Of a stretch of 64,000 nt of DNA, positions 28,445 through 37,523 are shown piece after piece (the first letter of the stretch is position 1; every line of letters begins with the position of its first letter). The notes below the pieces were generated by a model. That model was not told where the DNA came from and did not search any database. It saw nothing but the letters and a program-made list of their open reading frames with translations. The position numbers were made by a program, and so were the translations under genes. The DNA is from a virus. The stretch covers positions 24,183 to 88,182 of the IMG/VR virus record IMGVR_UViG_3300032893_000001; one strand, 5' to 3'.

Positions 28445-30394
28445 ATGGCCTGGAACATCTCGATGCCAGACGCCGAGTGGTACACCTCGGAGACCGATCG
28501 ACGAGCGCTGATGCAGATCGTGCAAGAGGTGAAAGAGAAGAGTGTCGTTGCGATCGACACCGAGACGACCGGCCGCAACTACATGCGGGACATCCCGTTG
28601 TACTGGTCGATCTCCTACGAGACGGACATGCCCGGCCGCTTCCGTCGCATTTGCATGCGCTCCGACACGATGCAGTTCTTCCGCGAGTCCTTCAAGGACG
28701 AGAAGAAGGAGTGGGTCTTCGCGAACGCGAAGTACGACATGCACATGTTGTACAACGTCGGCATCGAGTTGAAGGGCACGATCTGCGACACCCAGGTCAT
28801 GCACGCGCTGCTCTATGAAGAGGAAAGCCACTCGCTCGAGAACATGGCCCGCCAAGTCCTGGGGTGGACATGGAAGGACGACTTCAAGACTGGCTTCAAG
28901 AAGGAAGGCCCGAAGGCGTTCCTCACGCGTCTCGAACAAGAAGACGTAGGTCGTCTTGCCGAATACGCTTCGAACGACGCGTACGGCACCCTCTTCATCC
29001 GCAACAAGCTGAAGAAGGAGCTCGAGGAAGCTATCACCTGGAGCCTCTACCCCGAGTTGTACGACACGCTGCACGACGTCTTCTACAAGATCGAGTCGCC
29101 GTTCACGCGGGTGCTCTGGAAGTGCGAACGCAACGGATTCTTCATCGACGAGGAGTACCTGAAGGCTGCCGACGTTCCCGTGACCGCGGAGCTCCAAAGA
29201 ATCGAACGAGAGATCGTGAAGATGGTCGGGCGGCCCTTCAACACCAACAGCTCGATGCAGCTTCGCCAGTACTTCTTCGAGGAAAAGAAGTACCGTCCCC
29301 TGAAGCTCACCAAGGGGGGCAAGACAGGAAAGAAAGAGCCGTCGACGGACTTCGACACGCTCGAGTTTCTAGCGGGCGAGTACCGAGACCCGGTTGCGGA
29401 GCTGATGCTCAAACAGCGTGACCTCAGCAAGCTGAAGGGCACGTACATCGACGGCATCCGTGACCACCTCGACCAGTGGGGGCGCGTTCACTACAAGTTC
29501 AACCAAGACGTCGCGCGAACTGGTCGTCTTTCCTCTTCGGAGATCAACTGCCAGAACATCCCGCGCCCCGACACGGACAAGTACCGCATCCGCCGTGCGT
29601 TCATCTCAGAGCCGGGGAACAACCTGATCGTCGCCGACTACGAGCAGCTCGAGATGCGTCTGCTGGCTGCCGCGGCCCTCGAGAAGGACATGATCGACAT
29701 CTTCCTCAAGGGATGGGACATCCACATGGGCAACGCCTCGCTCGTGTTCAACATCCCGTACGAAGACCTGGAGAAGGCCAAGAAGGTCGACAAGAAGGTC
29801 AAAGCCGGCGAGCTGCCCGAGGCGGAGATGACGGACTACTACCGCAAGTGCCTGGAGGCGAGGCAGCACGTCAAGACCATCGGCTTCGGTCTCAACTACG
29901 GCATGAAGGAGAAGAAGCTCGCCAACGACCTGCGTATCACGAAGGAAGAGGCCATCAACCTGATCAACAGGTACATGGACCGCTACCCTGCGGTGAAGAA
30001 GTTCTACGCGGACAGCATCGGCGTTGTACGGCAAACGGGGTACGCGTACACGCTGTTGGGACGTCGTCGCTTCCTGCCCGAGATCAACTCCACGCAGAAC
30101 GACATCCGCTGGCGTGCAGAGCGGCAAGCATCCAACGTTCCGATCCAGGGCACTGCGGCTGACGTCGTGAAGATGGCCATGATTCTCTGCGATCAAGCCA
30201 ACCTCGTCGACGAGTACGGCTTCCACATGCTGCTTCAGGTTCACGACGAGCTCGCCTTCGAAGGTCCAGAGGAGACGACGGAGGAGTGCCTGAAGGTCAT
30301 CAAGGAGATCATGGAGGACTCGCTGCCGACCAAGCTCGCGGTTCCACTCGAGGTCTCCATCGGTAAGGGCAAAAGCTGGATGGATGCGAAGTGA
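28445..30394 (+). CDS. polA: Family A DNA polymerase with 3'-5' exonuclease
   Basis: ExoI DTETTG, ExoII NAKYD, TGRLSS, motif A ADYEQLEMR, motif B KTIGFGLNYG, motif C VHDE. Confidence 0.97.
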   Translation: MAWNISMPDAEWYTSETDRRALMQIVQEVKEKSVVAIDTETTGRNYMRDIPLYWSISYETDMPGRFRRICMRSDTMQFFRESFKDEKKEWVFANAKYDMHMLYNVGIELKGTICDTQVMHALLYEEESHSLENMARQVLGWTWKDDFKTGFKKEGPKAFLTRLEQEDVGRLAEYASNDAYGTLFIRNKLKKELEEAITWSLYPELYDTLHDVFYKIESPFTRVLWKCERNGFFIDEEYLKAADVPVTAELQRIEREIVKMVGRPFNTNSSMQLRQYFFEEKKYRPLKLTKGGKTGKKEPSTDFDTLEFLAGEYRDPVAELMLKQRDLSKLKGTYIDGIRDHLDQWGRVHYKFNQDVARTGRLSSSEINCQNIPRPDTDKYRIRRAFISEPGNNLIVADYEQLEMRLLAAAALEKDMIDIFLKGWDIHMGNASLVFNIPYEDLEKAKKVDKKVKAGELPEAEMTDYYRKCLEARQHVKTIGFGLNYGMKEKKLANDLRITKEEAINLINRYMDRYPAVKKFYADSIGVVRQTGYAYTLLGRRRFLPEINSTQNDIRWRAERQASNVPIQGTAADVVKMAMILCDQANLVDEYGFHMLLQVHDELAFEGPEETTEECLKVIKEIMEDSLPTKLAVPLEVSIGKGKSWMDAK

Positions 30395-30819
30395 ACAAGA
30401 AGCAACTCGACCAGCGCATCGCAGCCGTGACGAACTACTCCACGCAGGAAGTTGCGGCGATCACCTCGACGTTCTTGAGGCTGATCGTCCACGACCTCCT
30501 GCGTGGAGAACGCGTCTATCTGCCTACCCTCGGGAAGTTTCGAATGAAGGGCGAAGTCACCGCGTTGCGGGTATCCTTCTCTCGTTCGAAGAACTTCAAA
30601 AAGAACCTCCAGGAGCACCTGGGGCAACACGGAGCGAGACCCATGCAGAAGTACGGCGTAGACGAGACCACGGGGCAGGACCAAGAGAAGCTCGAGAAGC
30701 GAGCTGCCCAGGGTTGCCCGATGTGCGGCGGCAAGGTGGAGAGGCAGGGCAACCTGTTGATTTGCTCGAGCTGCGGCACCCAGCCCTTCGAGGGCATCCC
30801 CGGCACCGGTAGCAAGTAG
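30391..30819 (+). CDS. HU/IHF-like DNA-binding protein fused to a Zn ribbon
   Basis: MNKKQL...GERVYLPTLGKF...VSFSRSKNFK HU pattern; C-terminal CPMC...CSSC. Confidence 0.7.
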   Translation: MNKKQLDQRIAAVTNYSTQEVAAITSTFLRLIVHDLLRGERVYLPTLGKFRMKGEVTALRVSFSRSKNFKKNLQEHLGQHGARPMQKYGVDETTGQDQEKLEKRAAQGCPMCGGKVERQGNLLICSSCGTQPFEGIPGTGSK

Positions 30820-30830
30820 CTCGAGCGAGA

Positions 30831-30840
30831 AGGAACAAGA
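30831..30840 (+). promoter_or_regulatory. Candidate plus-strand promoter motif AGGAACAAGA
   Basis: Intergenic upstream of recA; identical to 9474-9483; followed by a GACACCCC/GGGGTGTC hairpin. Confidence 0.4.
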
Positions 30841-30902
30841 CTGCCGCAGACACCCCGCTACACCTGGGGGTGTCGAGCTGCGCTTTTGCCCAAAGGAAGA
30901 TC

Positions 30903-32108
30903 ATGAGCAAGAAAGACGACATCCTCGAGAAGAAGAAGCGCATCAACGCGCTCGTGAACAAGATCAACGCCAAGGCCAAGAACAAGGTCGTTTGCTTCGC
31001 CAGCGAAGTACCGAACCCCTACATCCTTCGCTACCCCACGGGGTGCATGCAGCTCGACATCGATCTTGGAGGCGGCTTCCCCGCCGGCGGCATGAGCGTC
31101 ATCTCCGGACCGGACGGCGCCGGCAAAACGATGCTGCTCTACCGCACGATGGCGATGCACCAACGCATCTTCGGGAACGCGTCGGCGATCGCTCTCGCTC
31201 CCATCGAGTTCCTCCCCGACTACTTCTTCATGCGCCACTGCGGCGTCGACATCGCCATTCCGGACGAGATGATCGACCAAGCGCAAGAGATCCGAGAAGG
31301 TCGAGGGCTTCCTCTCTACACGAAGGAGGAGATCAAGTCCTTCAAGTCGCAGACCGGCGAGTTCTTCATCATCCGCGGGGACACCGGCGAGAAGGTGCTG
31401 GACATCATCCTCGACTGCTTCGCATCCAAGGAGTTCGGCATCATCGGCATCGACTCCATCAACTCCTTCCAAAGCGGCGCAGAAGCCGGAACGGAGAGCC
31501 TCGAGGACAACGTGCAACAGGCTGCGAGCGCGAGCGTTCTCACGCGCTTCACCAAGCGGTACCACCCGTTGACGCTCGGAATCGAAGGCGTCAACCACAC
31601 CGCGATCTTGGCCACGGGACAAGTCCGCGCCAACCGTGACCGCGCCAACGCGCCGTCGGCGATGCAGAAGTACATCAAGCAGTACCAAGAGGTGATGCCC
31701 TGGGCGATTCGTCACGCTGCGCTGCTGCGTGTGCTCATCTGGCCGGGTGAGAAGCTCCGCCAGAAGAGCGGCGAGAACAAAGGCGAGCAGCTCGGACGCA
31801 CGCTTCAGTGGGACATCAGCAAGGGCAAGGCGGGCACGCACGACGGCATTCGTGGAGAAGCCGACTTCACCTACGAGCGTCTCTTGGATGACTACCACAC
31901 GATCGTCCAAGCCGGTGTCTCGCAAGGCGTCATCCGAGAAAAGGCGGGCATGCTGTCCGTCGTACGCAAGGAAGATGGAGCGATCCTGCGCGAGAAGATC
32001 CCCGGCGTCGATACCTTCGTCAAAGACTTGCAGTCGAACGTCGAGTTCGAACTCGCAGTTCGACAGGAGATCTTGGCGGCTGCGGGGCACCTGTGCACCT
32101 ACCGCTGA
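30903..32108 (+). CDS. recA: RecA/UvsX-like recombinase
   Basis: PTGCMQLDIDLGGGFPAG, Walker A GPDGAGKT, Walker B IIGIDSI, GQVR. Confidence 0.92.
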   Translation: MSKKDDILEKKKRINALVNKINAKAKNKVVCFASEVPNPYILRYPTGCMQLDIDLGGGFPAGGMSVISGPDGAGKTMLLYRTMAMHQRIFGNASAIALAPIEFLPDYFFMRHCGVDIAIPDEMIDQAQEIREGRGLPLYTKEEIKSFKSQTGEFFIIRGDTGEKVLDIILDCFASKEFGIIGIDSINSFQSGAEAGTESLEDNVQQAASASVLTRFTKRYHPLTLGIEGVNHTAILATGQVRANRDRANAPSAMQKYIKQYQEVMPWAIRHAALLRVLIWPGEKLRQKSGENKGEQLGRTLQWDISKGKAGTHDGIRGEADFTYERLLDDYHTIVQAGVSQGVIREKAGMLSVVRKEDGAILREKIPGVDTFVKDLQSNVEFELAVRQEILAAAGHLCTYR

Positions 32109-32587
32109 CCGTTCGGCTCGACAAGCAACCCGACGGCGTCTACGTGGACGTCGTCGGGGAGGGCGTCCAAGACCGCATCGGACCGTTCAACGTCAACGAC
32201 CCGAGCCAACTTCTTCAGGCAGTGCTCTCCCGACCAGAACAAGAGGGGCTTGGCACACCGTCACGACGCATGCTGAAACGCGCGCGCCGCACCGAGAAGG
32301 GGATCGCGGAGGACGTCGGGGGCAAGCAACAAAAGAACTCCGGCGCACTGCCCTGGGCCAAAGGAGACGTTCGAAAGAAGGGAGAGCTCAGGATCGAGTC
32401 CAAGACCACGCGATCGAAGCAGTACACCGTCACACGACGGGAGCTCGACAAGATTCGTGGCGAGTGTGGCCTTGGCGAGAAGCCAGCCTTCGTCATCACG
32501 TTCGTCAACAGAGGCACCCTTCGAGAAGAAGACAAGTGGGTGCTCATCCCCTACGAGGACTGGCGTGCAACTCACAAAAATCGCTGA
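32093..32587 (+). CDS. PD-(D/E)xK nuclease, Holliday-junction resolvase-like
   Basis: E..IA...NSGA...KGDV...IESKTT pattern. Confidence 0.7.
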   Translation: MHLPLTVRLDKQPDGVYVDVVGEGVQDRIGPFNVNDPSQLLQAVLSRPEQEGLGTPSRRMLKRARRTEKGIAEDVGGKQQKNSGALPWAKGDVRKKGELRIESKTTRSKQYTVTRRELDKIRGECGLGEKPAFVITFVNRGTLREEDKWVLIPYEDWRATHKNR

Positions 32588-33371
32588 TCTTCAGCAGCCT
32601 GGCGTCGCTCTGATGGAACAACAGGCGATGCAACTCGGACGGATCTTCGAGGACTTCCTCGAGAACTACCCGGACGACAGCCACACCCGAGCCGCAGGCA
32701 TCCATGCATCCGAGCTCTGCACGTGCAAACGGCAGGTGGTCTACTCGCTCTTCAACACAGAGAAGAAGGGAGCAGTTCCACTGCCCTTCCGCAAGCGGTT
32801 CAACGTAGGTCATGCAATCCACAGCATGCTCCAGAAGGACTTCGACCTGATGTCGAGGCACAGTCGAGGCAAGCTGCACTTCCAAGAAGAAGTGTCCGTC
32901 AACGACACTGAGATCGCCAAGCGGCTCTGCATCACGTCGAGCTGCGATGGCGTCTTCACCTTCTACGATGACACCGCATCCCCCATTCTTCGCGTCGGGC
33001 TCGAGATCAAGTCGGCTTCTCCCGACGACTTCGACAAGCTCAAGAAGCCGAAGGAGAAACATGTCGAGCAGGCGCACGTCTACATGGCGTGCCTCGACTT
33101 GCCGCTGATGTGGTTCTTGTACTGGAACAAGGGCAACCAGAACATGACGCCGTCGGTGACTCCGTTCCTCATTCGCTTCAACGAGAGGCTGTGGGGCAGT
33201 CTCGAGCAGCGCGCGAAAGAGTGCCTCGAGATGGCGGACAAGGAGGAGCTACCCGAAAGAGAGGAAGGGCAGCACTGCCGGTGGTGCAAGTACGCCTGGA
33301 CGTGCAACCCGACAACCGTGACACCGCAACGACAGAACAGGCGGCCGCAACCGATTCTCGGCCGCAGATAG
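32565..33371 (+). CDS. Cas4/RecB-like PD-(D/E)xK exonuclease with Fe-S cluster ligands
   Basis: HASELCTC, GHAIH, CDG, EIKS, QAHVYM, C-terminal CRWCKYAWTC; start uncertain (32565 GTG or 32613 ATG). Confidence 0.85.
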   Translation: MQLTKIADLQQPGVALMEQQAMQLGRIFEDFLENYPDDSHTRAAGIHASELCTCKRQVVYSLFNTEKKGAVPLPFRKRFNVGHAIHSMLQKDFDLMSRHSRGKLHFQEEVSVNDTEIAKRLCITSSCDGVFTFYDDTASPILRVGLEIKSASPDDFDKLKKPKEKHVEQAHVYMACLDLPLMWFLYWNKGNQNMTPSVTPFLIRFNERLWGSLEQRAKECLEMADKEELPEREEGQHCRWCKYAWTCNPTTVTPQRQNRRPQPILGRR

Positions 33372-33380
33372 AGAGGAGAG

Positions 33381-34508
33381 ATGCAACAGATGGCGATGTT
33401 CGAAGCAGACGCATCCGCGTTCACGCAGGGTCCGGTTCCTGCCATTCCGTCCAAGGGGCGCGCGCGCCTCGAGGAGATCATCACACGTGGGCGCAGCCGC
33501 GCCGCAAAGGTGATGGAGTACGTCGAAACTCTCCAGCCCGTCGACAAGCTGGTGAAGGTCAACAAGCTCGAGTTCGAGCTCGCGACCAAGAAGACCGGGG
33601 ACAGGCTGCAAATGCTCCTGCCGGACGACACGGCGGTCACGCTTCACCGCAATGCTCTCGGACAGGCCGCCGAGCGCGCCAAGATTCCGATGGTGTTCGT
33701 GAACCACCTGATGGAGAAGGGGAGCTGGGGGATCGAGCTCCTCGCATCAAACTTCAACGAGCTCCTCGGGCACGTCGACGAGAAGGCGCTCGTGCGAATC
33801 GTCAACGACGACGCACGGGGCTTCCTCTCGGATCGGTACCGCCGCCTCGACTCACGCCCGCTGGTCGACGCGTTCGCGCGCTCCTGCGCGAAGGTCGGCG
33901 CGTTGCCCTACGAGGGGTATGTCACCGACACGAAGGTCAGCATCCAGGCACTCATCCCGAAGGTCTACGAGCCGGTGGCCGGGGAGATCATGGCGTACGG
34001 CGCGACCTTCGAGAACAGCGACTTCGGCAACGGGGCGCTGAACGTCAGCTTCTTCCTGCTCCGCCTCGTTTGCCTCAACGGCATGATCGGCGAGACCAGC
34101 ATGCGTCAGGTCCATCTCGGCAAGCGCCTCACCGAGGACGTCGACTGGTCCGTGCGCACGCAGAAGCTCGACATGAAGACCGTTCTCTCCGGCGTCGAGG
34201 ACATGGTCATCGGACAGCTCGCCGAATCCCGCATCGAAGAGATGCAAGCGCACGTTCGCAAAGCGCACGAGAGGAAGCTCGACGACGCGAGTCGCAAGAG
34301 CGTCCTCGACATGCTCAAGCGCTTCATGAACAAGGGAGAGCTCGACAAAGCGATCTCCAAGTTCAACGAGCCGGACGTCGAGCTGCTGCCGCCGGGGAAC
34401 ACCATGTGGCGCATGTCGAACGCCATCTCATGGCTCGCGGGTGAGACGGAAGACGAAGAGCGCAAGCTCGAGCTCCAGCGGTTGGCAGGCAAAGTCCTAC
34501 CGTCGTGA
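33381..34508 (+). CDS. DUF932-like phage/plasmid protein
   Basis: LSDRYRRLD, NSDFG, RLVCLNGMI, terminal TMWRMSNAIS motifs. Confidence 0.7.
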   Translation: MQQMAMFEADASAFTQGPVPAIPSKGRARLEEIITRGRSRAAKVMEYVETLQPVDKLVKVNKLEFELATKKTGDRLQMLLPDDTAVTLHRNALGQAAERAKIPMVFVNHLMEKGSWGIELLASNFNELLGHVDEKALVRIVNDDARGFLSDRYRRLDSRPLVDAFARSCAKVGALPYEGYVTDTKVSIQALIPKVYEPVAGEIMAYGATFENSDFGNGALNVSFFLLRLVCLNGMIGETSMRQVHLGKRLTEDVDWSVRTQKLDMKTVLSGVEDMVIGQLAESRIEEMQAHVRKAHERKLDDASRKSVLDMLKRFMNKGELDKAISKFNEPDVELLPPGNTMWRMSNAISWLAGETEDEERKLELQRLAGKVLPS

Positions 34509-34591
34509 ACGTCCCAGCACTACACGAAGTACTTCACCGCCAGGCCCGCGCAGACGAACGGGCCTGGCGTCAAATCGAACGGAGAATGAAC

Positions 34592-34966
34592 ATGATGATG
34601 AGCAACGATGGAATGGCAGGAGTGACGGTCAAGAAGGACGAGCTCCTCACCGTGCTGAAGAAAAACCGCGACGAGCATCGCAACATCTTCCTCGACGCTC
34701 AGAAGGGCTACCGCGAAGACGCCATCAAGGAGCTCGATCGCATGCTCGCAGAAGCGCGGGATGGCAAAGCGATCCGTCGGCAGATCGTCCTCGTCGAACC
34801 GCAGGACCACACCAAGGACTACGATCGTGTGATCCGCATGCTGGAGATGTGCACCAAAGACGAGATCTTCATCTCCGAGAGCGAGTTCGCGCAGTACGTT
34901 CAAGACGACTGGGGCTGGAAGCAGCAGTTCACGGCGTCGACGTCTGGGTACACGGGCCGACGATGA
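34592..34966 (+). CDS. Hypothetical protein
   Basis: GGAG SD 7 nt before ATG 34592; coupled to the next gene. Confidence 0.7.
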   Translation: MMMSNDGMAGVTVKKDELLTVLKKNRDEHRNIFLDAQKGYREDAIKELDRMLAEARDGKAIRRQIVLVEPQDHTKDYDRVIRMLEMCTKDEIFISESEFAQYVQDDWGWKQQFTASTSGYTGRR

Positions 34967-36102
34967 TCATCGGACTCTGCGGCCAAGCGGGCAGCGGAAA
35001 GGACACGGTCGCGGACTTCTTGGTCCGCGACCATAGCTTCGTGAAGGTCGCGCTTGCGGACCCGCTCAAGCGGATCTGCAAGGACGTCTTCGCCTTCACC
35101 GACGAGCAGCTCTGGGGGCCGAGCGCGGAGAGGAACAAGCCGGACAAGAGGTATCCGCGCTCCGACCGCTTCACGTACCCTACGGCGCCTCCTCGTTCGA
35201 TCTGGTTGCCCATCGACGATGCGCACACTCTCATCGACGAGGATGACCTCGCCGTCGTGCTGGAGCACAAGTGGTGCATCAACCGCAAGGAACAAGGTAA
35301 GCGCACGGCGTACGTACGTCGAACCACCGACTCGCTAAAGCTCCATCAGTTGATCATGGGGGAGGCCCCAGAAGGCATGGTCATCGACCACGTCAACGGA
35401 GACGGGCTCGATAACCGACGCAAGAACCTGCGCTACTGCACGCACGCAGAGAACCATGCGAACGAGGAGAAACGACGAGGCGGGACGTCCGTCTTCAAGG
35501 GGGTCGGCCTCGACACCGATCGGAACAAGTGGAGCGCCAAGCTCACGGCCTTCGGTAAGACGAAGAACCTGGGGCGCTTCGATACCGAAGAGGAGGCTGC
35601 CGTGGCTTACGATACGGAAGCCAGAAAGGTCTTCGGGGACTTCGCCCGATTGAACAGCGAGATGTTCCTCACACCGAGGTACGCCTTGCAGCAACTTGGG
35701 ACGGAGTACGGACGGAACTGCTACCCGAACGTGTGGGTCGACTACGCCTTGCGCGTGGCGCGCATCCTCAAGGACGGGGGCTTCTACTACGACGCGAAGT
35801 CCGGCGTGCGCTTCCTGTCGCAGTTCGAGTCGCAATTGGACTGGGTGAAGCCGAAGACGGACGTCGTCATCTCCGACGTTCGCTTCCTCAACGAGATCGA
35901 CGCCATCCGTGCAGCAGGCGGCATCGTCTGGAAGATCAACCGCCCCGGTGCTGGTCTTCAGGGAGCGTCCGCTCAGCACGCCAGTGAGACTGAACAACTC
36001 CTGATTCCTCCGGAGAAGTTCTACTCCGTGATCGACAACAACGCGACGCTCGATGACCTGCGCAGCCTCGTCGGGCTCGTACTCGAAAGGAGCAGGAGAT
36101 GA
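34963..36102 (+). CDS. Deoxynucleoside monophosphate kinase with in-frame HNH-AP2 endonuclease insertion
   Basis: Kinase motifs GQAGSGKDT, ADPLK, TPRYALQQLGTE, ISDVRFLNE, HASE, IDNN; insert IDHVNGDGLDNRRKNLR (HNH) and LGRFDTEEEAAVAYD (AP2). Confidence 0.9.
   Translation: MIIGLCGQAGSGKDTVADFLVRDHSFVKVALADPLKRICKDVFAFTDEQLWGPSAERNKPDKRYPRSDRFTYPTAPPRSIWLPIDDAHTLIDEDDLAVVLEHKWCINRKEQGKRTAYVRRTTDSLKLHQLIMGEAPEGMVIDHVNGDGLDNRRKNLRYCTHAENHANEEKRRGGTSVFKGVGLDTDRNKWSAKLTAFGKTKNLGRFDTEEEAAVAYDTEARKVFGDFARLNSEMFLTPRYALQQLGTEYGRNCYPNVWVDYALRVARILKDGGFYYDAKSGVRFLSQFESQLDWVKPKTDVVISDVRFLNEIDAIRAAGGIVWKINRPGAGLQGASAQHASETEQLLIPPEKFYSVIDNNATLDDLRSLVGLVLERSRR
35161..35664 (+). mobile_element. HNH-AP2 homing-endonuclease domain inserted in frame in the dNMP kinase
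   Basis: About 168 aa between KRYPR and FLTPRYALQ; HNH plus AP2 motifs; boundaries approximate. Confidence 0.8.
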
Positions 36103-36728
36103 CGCAGGAGCGAACGCCGGTGAACAACGGGGGTGGTCTTCAGATCACCCTCGGCGTGGGCGCACCGCAGTCGAAGCTCGACAAGATCGCGGACACCTTC
36201 GCCACGCAGACCGCAATCGAAGAGGAGCTCGTCAAGATGGGAGTCACGGACCAGCCCAAACCCAACTTCGAGCTCCCCGTCATCACGCGGGAGAACCTGA
36301 CCACGACGAACAGCAAGGAGTACACGGACCTGTACGCCAAGCAGCTTGCGTGGTTCAACTACCTGACGCCCATCTTCGCAAGCGTCGAGGTAGCTCTCCT
36401 CGAGGCGAAGAACACGTTCGATCTCACCGAGGCCGCCATCAAGGACGGTCTCTACGAAGAGAACAAGCTCCTGTCGAAGGCCGAGAAGCTCACCAGCGAC
36501 GAGCTGAAGAACAAGGTTCTCGTTCATCCATCGTACCAAGAAGCACTTCTCCAGGTGCAGCGGATGACCCAATACAAGATGCGCTTGAAAGCGATGCTCG
36601 AGATCGCTGACAGGAACATGACAGTCATCTCACGACAAGTGGAGATCCGCCGGCAAGAGATCGAAGGAGGCGTGCACGAAAACAACATGCCCCGGCGCGG
36701 CCGACGGTTTCAGCCAATCACGAGGTAA
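36099..36728 (+). CDS. Coiled-coil protein, possibly UvsY-like recombination mediator
   Basis: Helical heptads, terminal ISRQVEIRRQE, located in the recombination block. Confidence 0.45.
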   Translation: MTQERTPVNNGGGLQITLGVGAPQSKLDKIADTFATQTAIEEELVKMGVTDQPKPNFELPVITRENLTTTNSKEYTDLYAKQLAWFNYLTPIFASVEVALLEAKNTFDLTEAAIKDGLYEENKLLSKAEKLTSDELKNKVLVHPSYQEALLQVQRMTQYKMRLKAMLEIADRNMTVISRQVEIRRQEIEGGVHENNMPRRGRRFQPITR

Positions 36729-36730
36729 GC

Positions 36731-37165
36731 ATGATCCACATGAGGATTCCGGGGCTGCCCCCATCTGCCAACCACGCGTACTTCAATCGAGCGGGCGGCG
36801 GGCGGTCCCTAACGAAGGAGGGACAGAAGTACAAGAACGAAACGGTCTCGTACATAGCACGCAGCTACCCGCTCATGATCGCCAAGGTCCGACAAAACGA
36901 ACCGTACGTGGTGTACTTCCGTCTGCACTTCGACCGTCTCGAAACGAAGGACTGGCCAAAGAAGACGAAAAACAGGTACAAGACTCTCGACGCCAGCAAC
37001 CGCATCAAGCTGCTGGAGGACTGCGTGAAGGATGCCTGTGGCATCGACGATTCGCAGCACATGATCGTCATCGTCGAGAAGCGACAGGGTCCGCCTTTGA
37101 CCGAGGTGTTCCTCTGGAACACGCAAGAGGAGGTACCACCGATTGGAGAACTACTCGCCCTCTAG
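36731..37165 (+). CDS. rusA: RusA-like Holliday junction resolvase
   Basis: PPSANH, LDASNRIKLLED, IDDSQ motifs. Confidence 0.8.
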   Translation: MIHMRIPGLPPSANHAYFNRAGGGRSLTKEGQKYKNETVSYIARSYPLMIAKVRQNEPYVVYFRLHFDRLETKDWPKKTKNRYKTLDASNRIKLLEDCVKDACGIDDSQHMIVIVEKRQGPPLTEVFLWNTQEEVPPIGELLAL

Positions 37166-37523
37166 CTGGGAGAAGTGCAACCACACCGAGCTGCTCCAGG
37201 TGTGCCAGCGAGCAGGTATTCCTGTCGTGCCGACGTACTCGAAGGAGCAGCTCATCGCTCTACTCGAAGGACTCGAGGAGCCCCAGCAAGACCAGTTCAA
37301 CGACTTCATCGTCAACATGTGGCGAGACGCCATCATGGCGTTCGTCATCGAGTACTGGGCAAGGCTTCGAAGTCAGCTCGTCTGCCCCGCAAAGACGGGT
37401 GACCCACGTGCCTGCTACGGGTGCGTGGACGCACAAGTCTATGCGTGTCTGGTCGAGAACGAGCAGATGCAACCATTCATCAAAAAGCAGTTGATCGAAC
37501 TCAAGAGGAAGAAAACGACATGA
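37143..37523 (+). CDS. Hypothetical protein with HeH-like N-terminus and Cys cluster
   Basis: NHTELLQVC...SKEQLIALL; CP...CYGC...C. Confidence 0.6.
   Translation: MENYSPSSWEKCNHTELLQVCQRAGIPVVPTYSKEQLIALLEGLEEPQQDQFNDFIVNMWRDAIMAFVIEYWARLRSQLVCPAKTGDPRACYGCVDAQVYACLVENEQMQPFIKKQLIELKRKKTT

Noticed and set aside
32565-33371. CRISPR-Cas system suggested by the Cas4-like gene
   Set aside because: No array or other cas genes; solo Cas4-like nucleases are common in phage replication modules
35161-35664. Intein interpretation of the dNMP kinase insertion
   Set aside because: No Hint block A/B/F/G sequence; the insert is fully accounted for by HNH plus AP2; RLN is the usual AP2 ending
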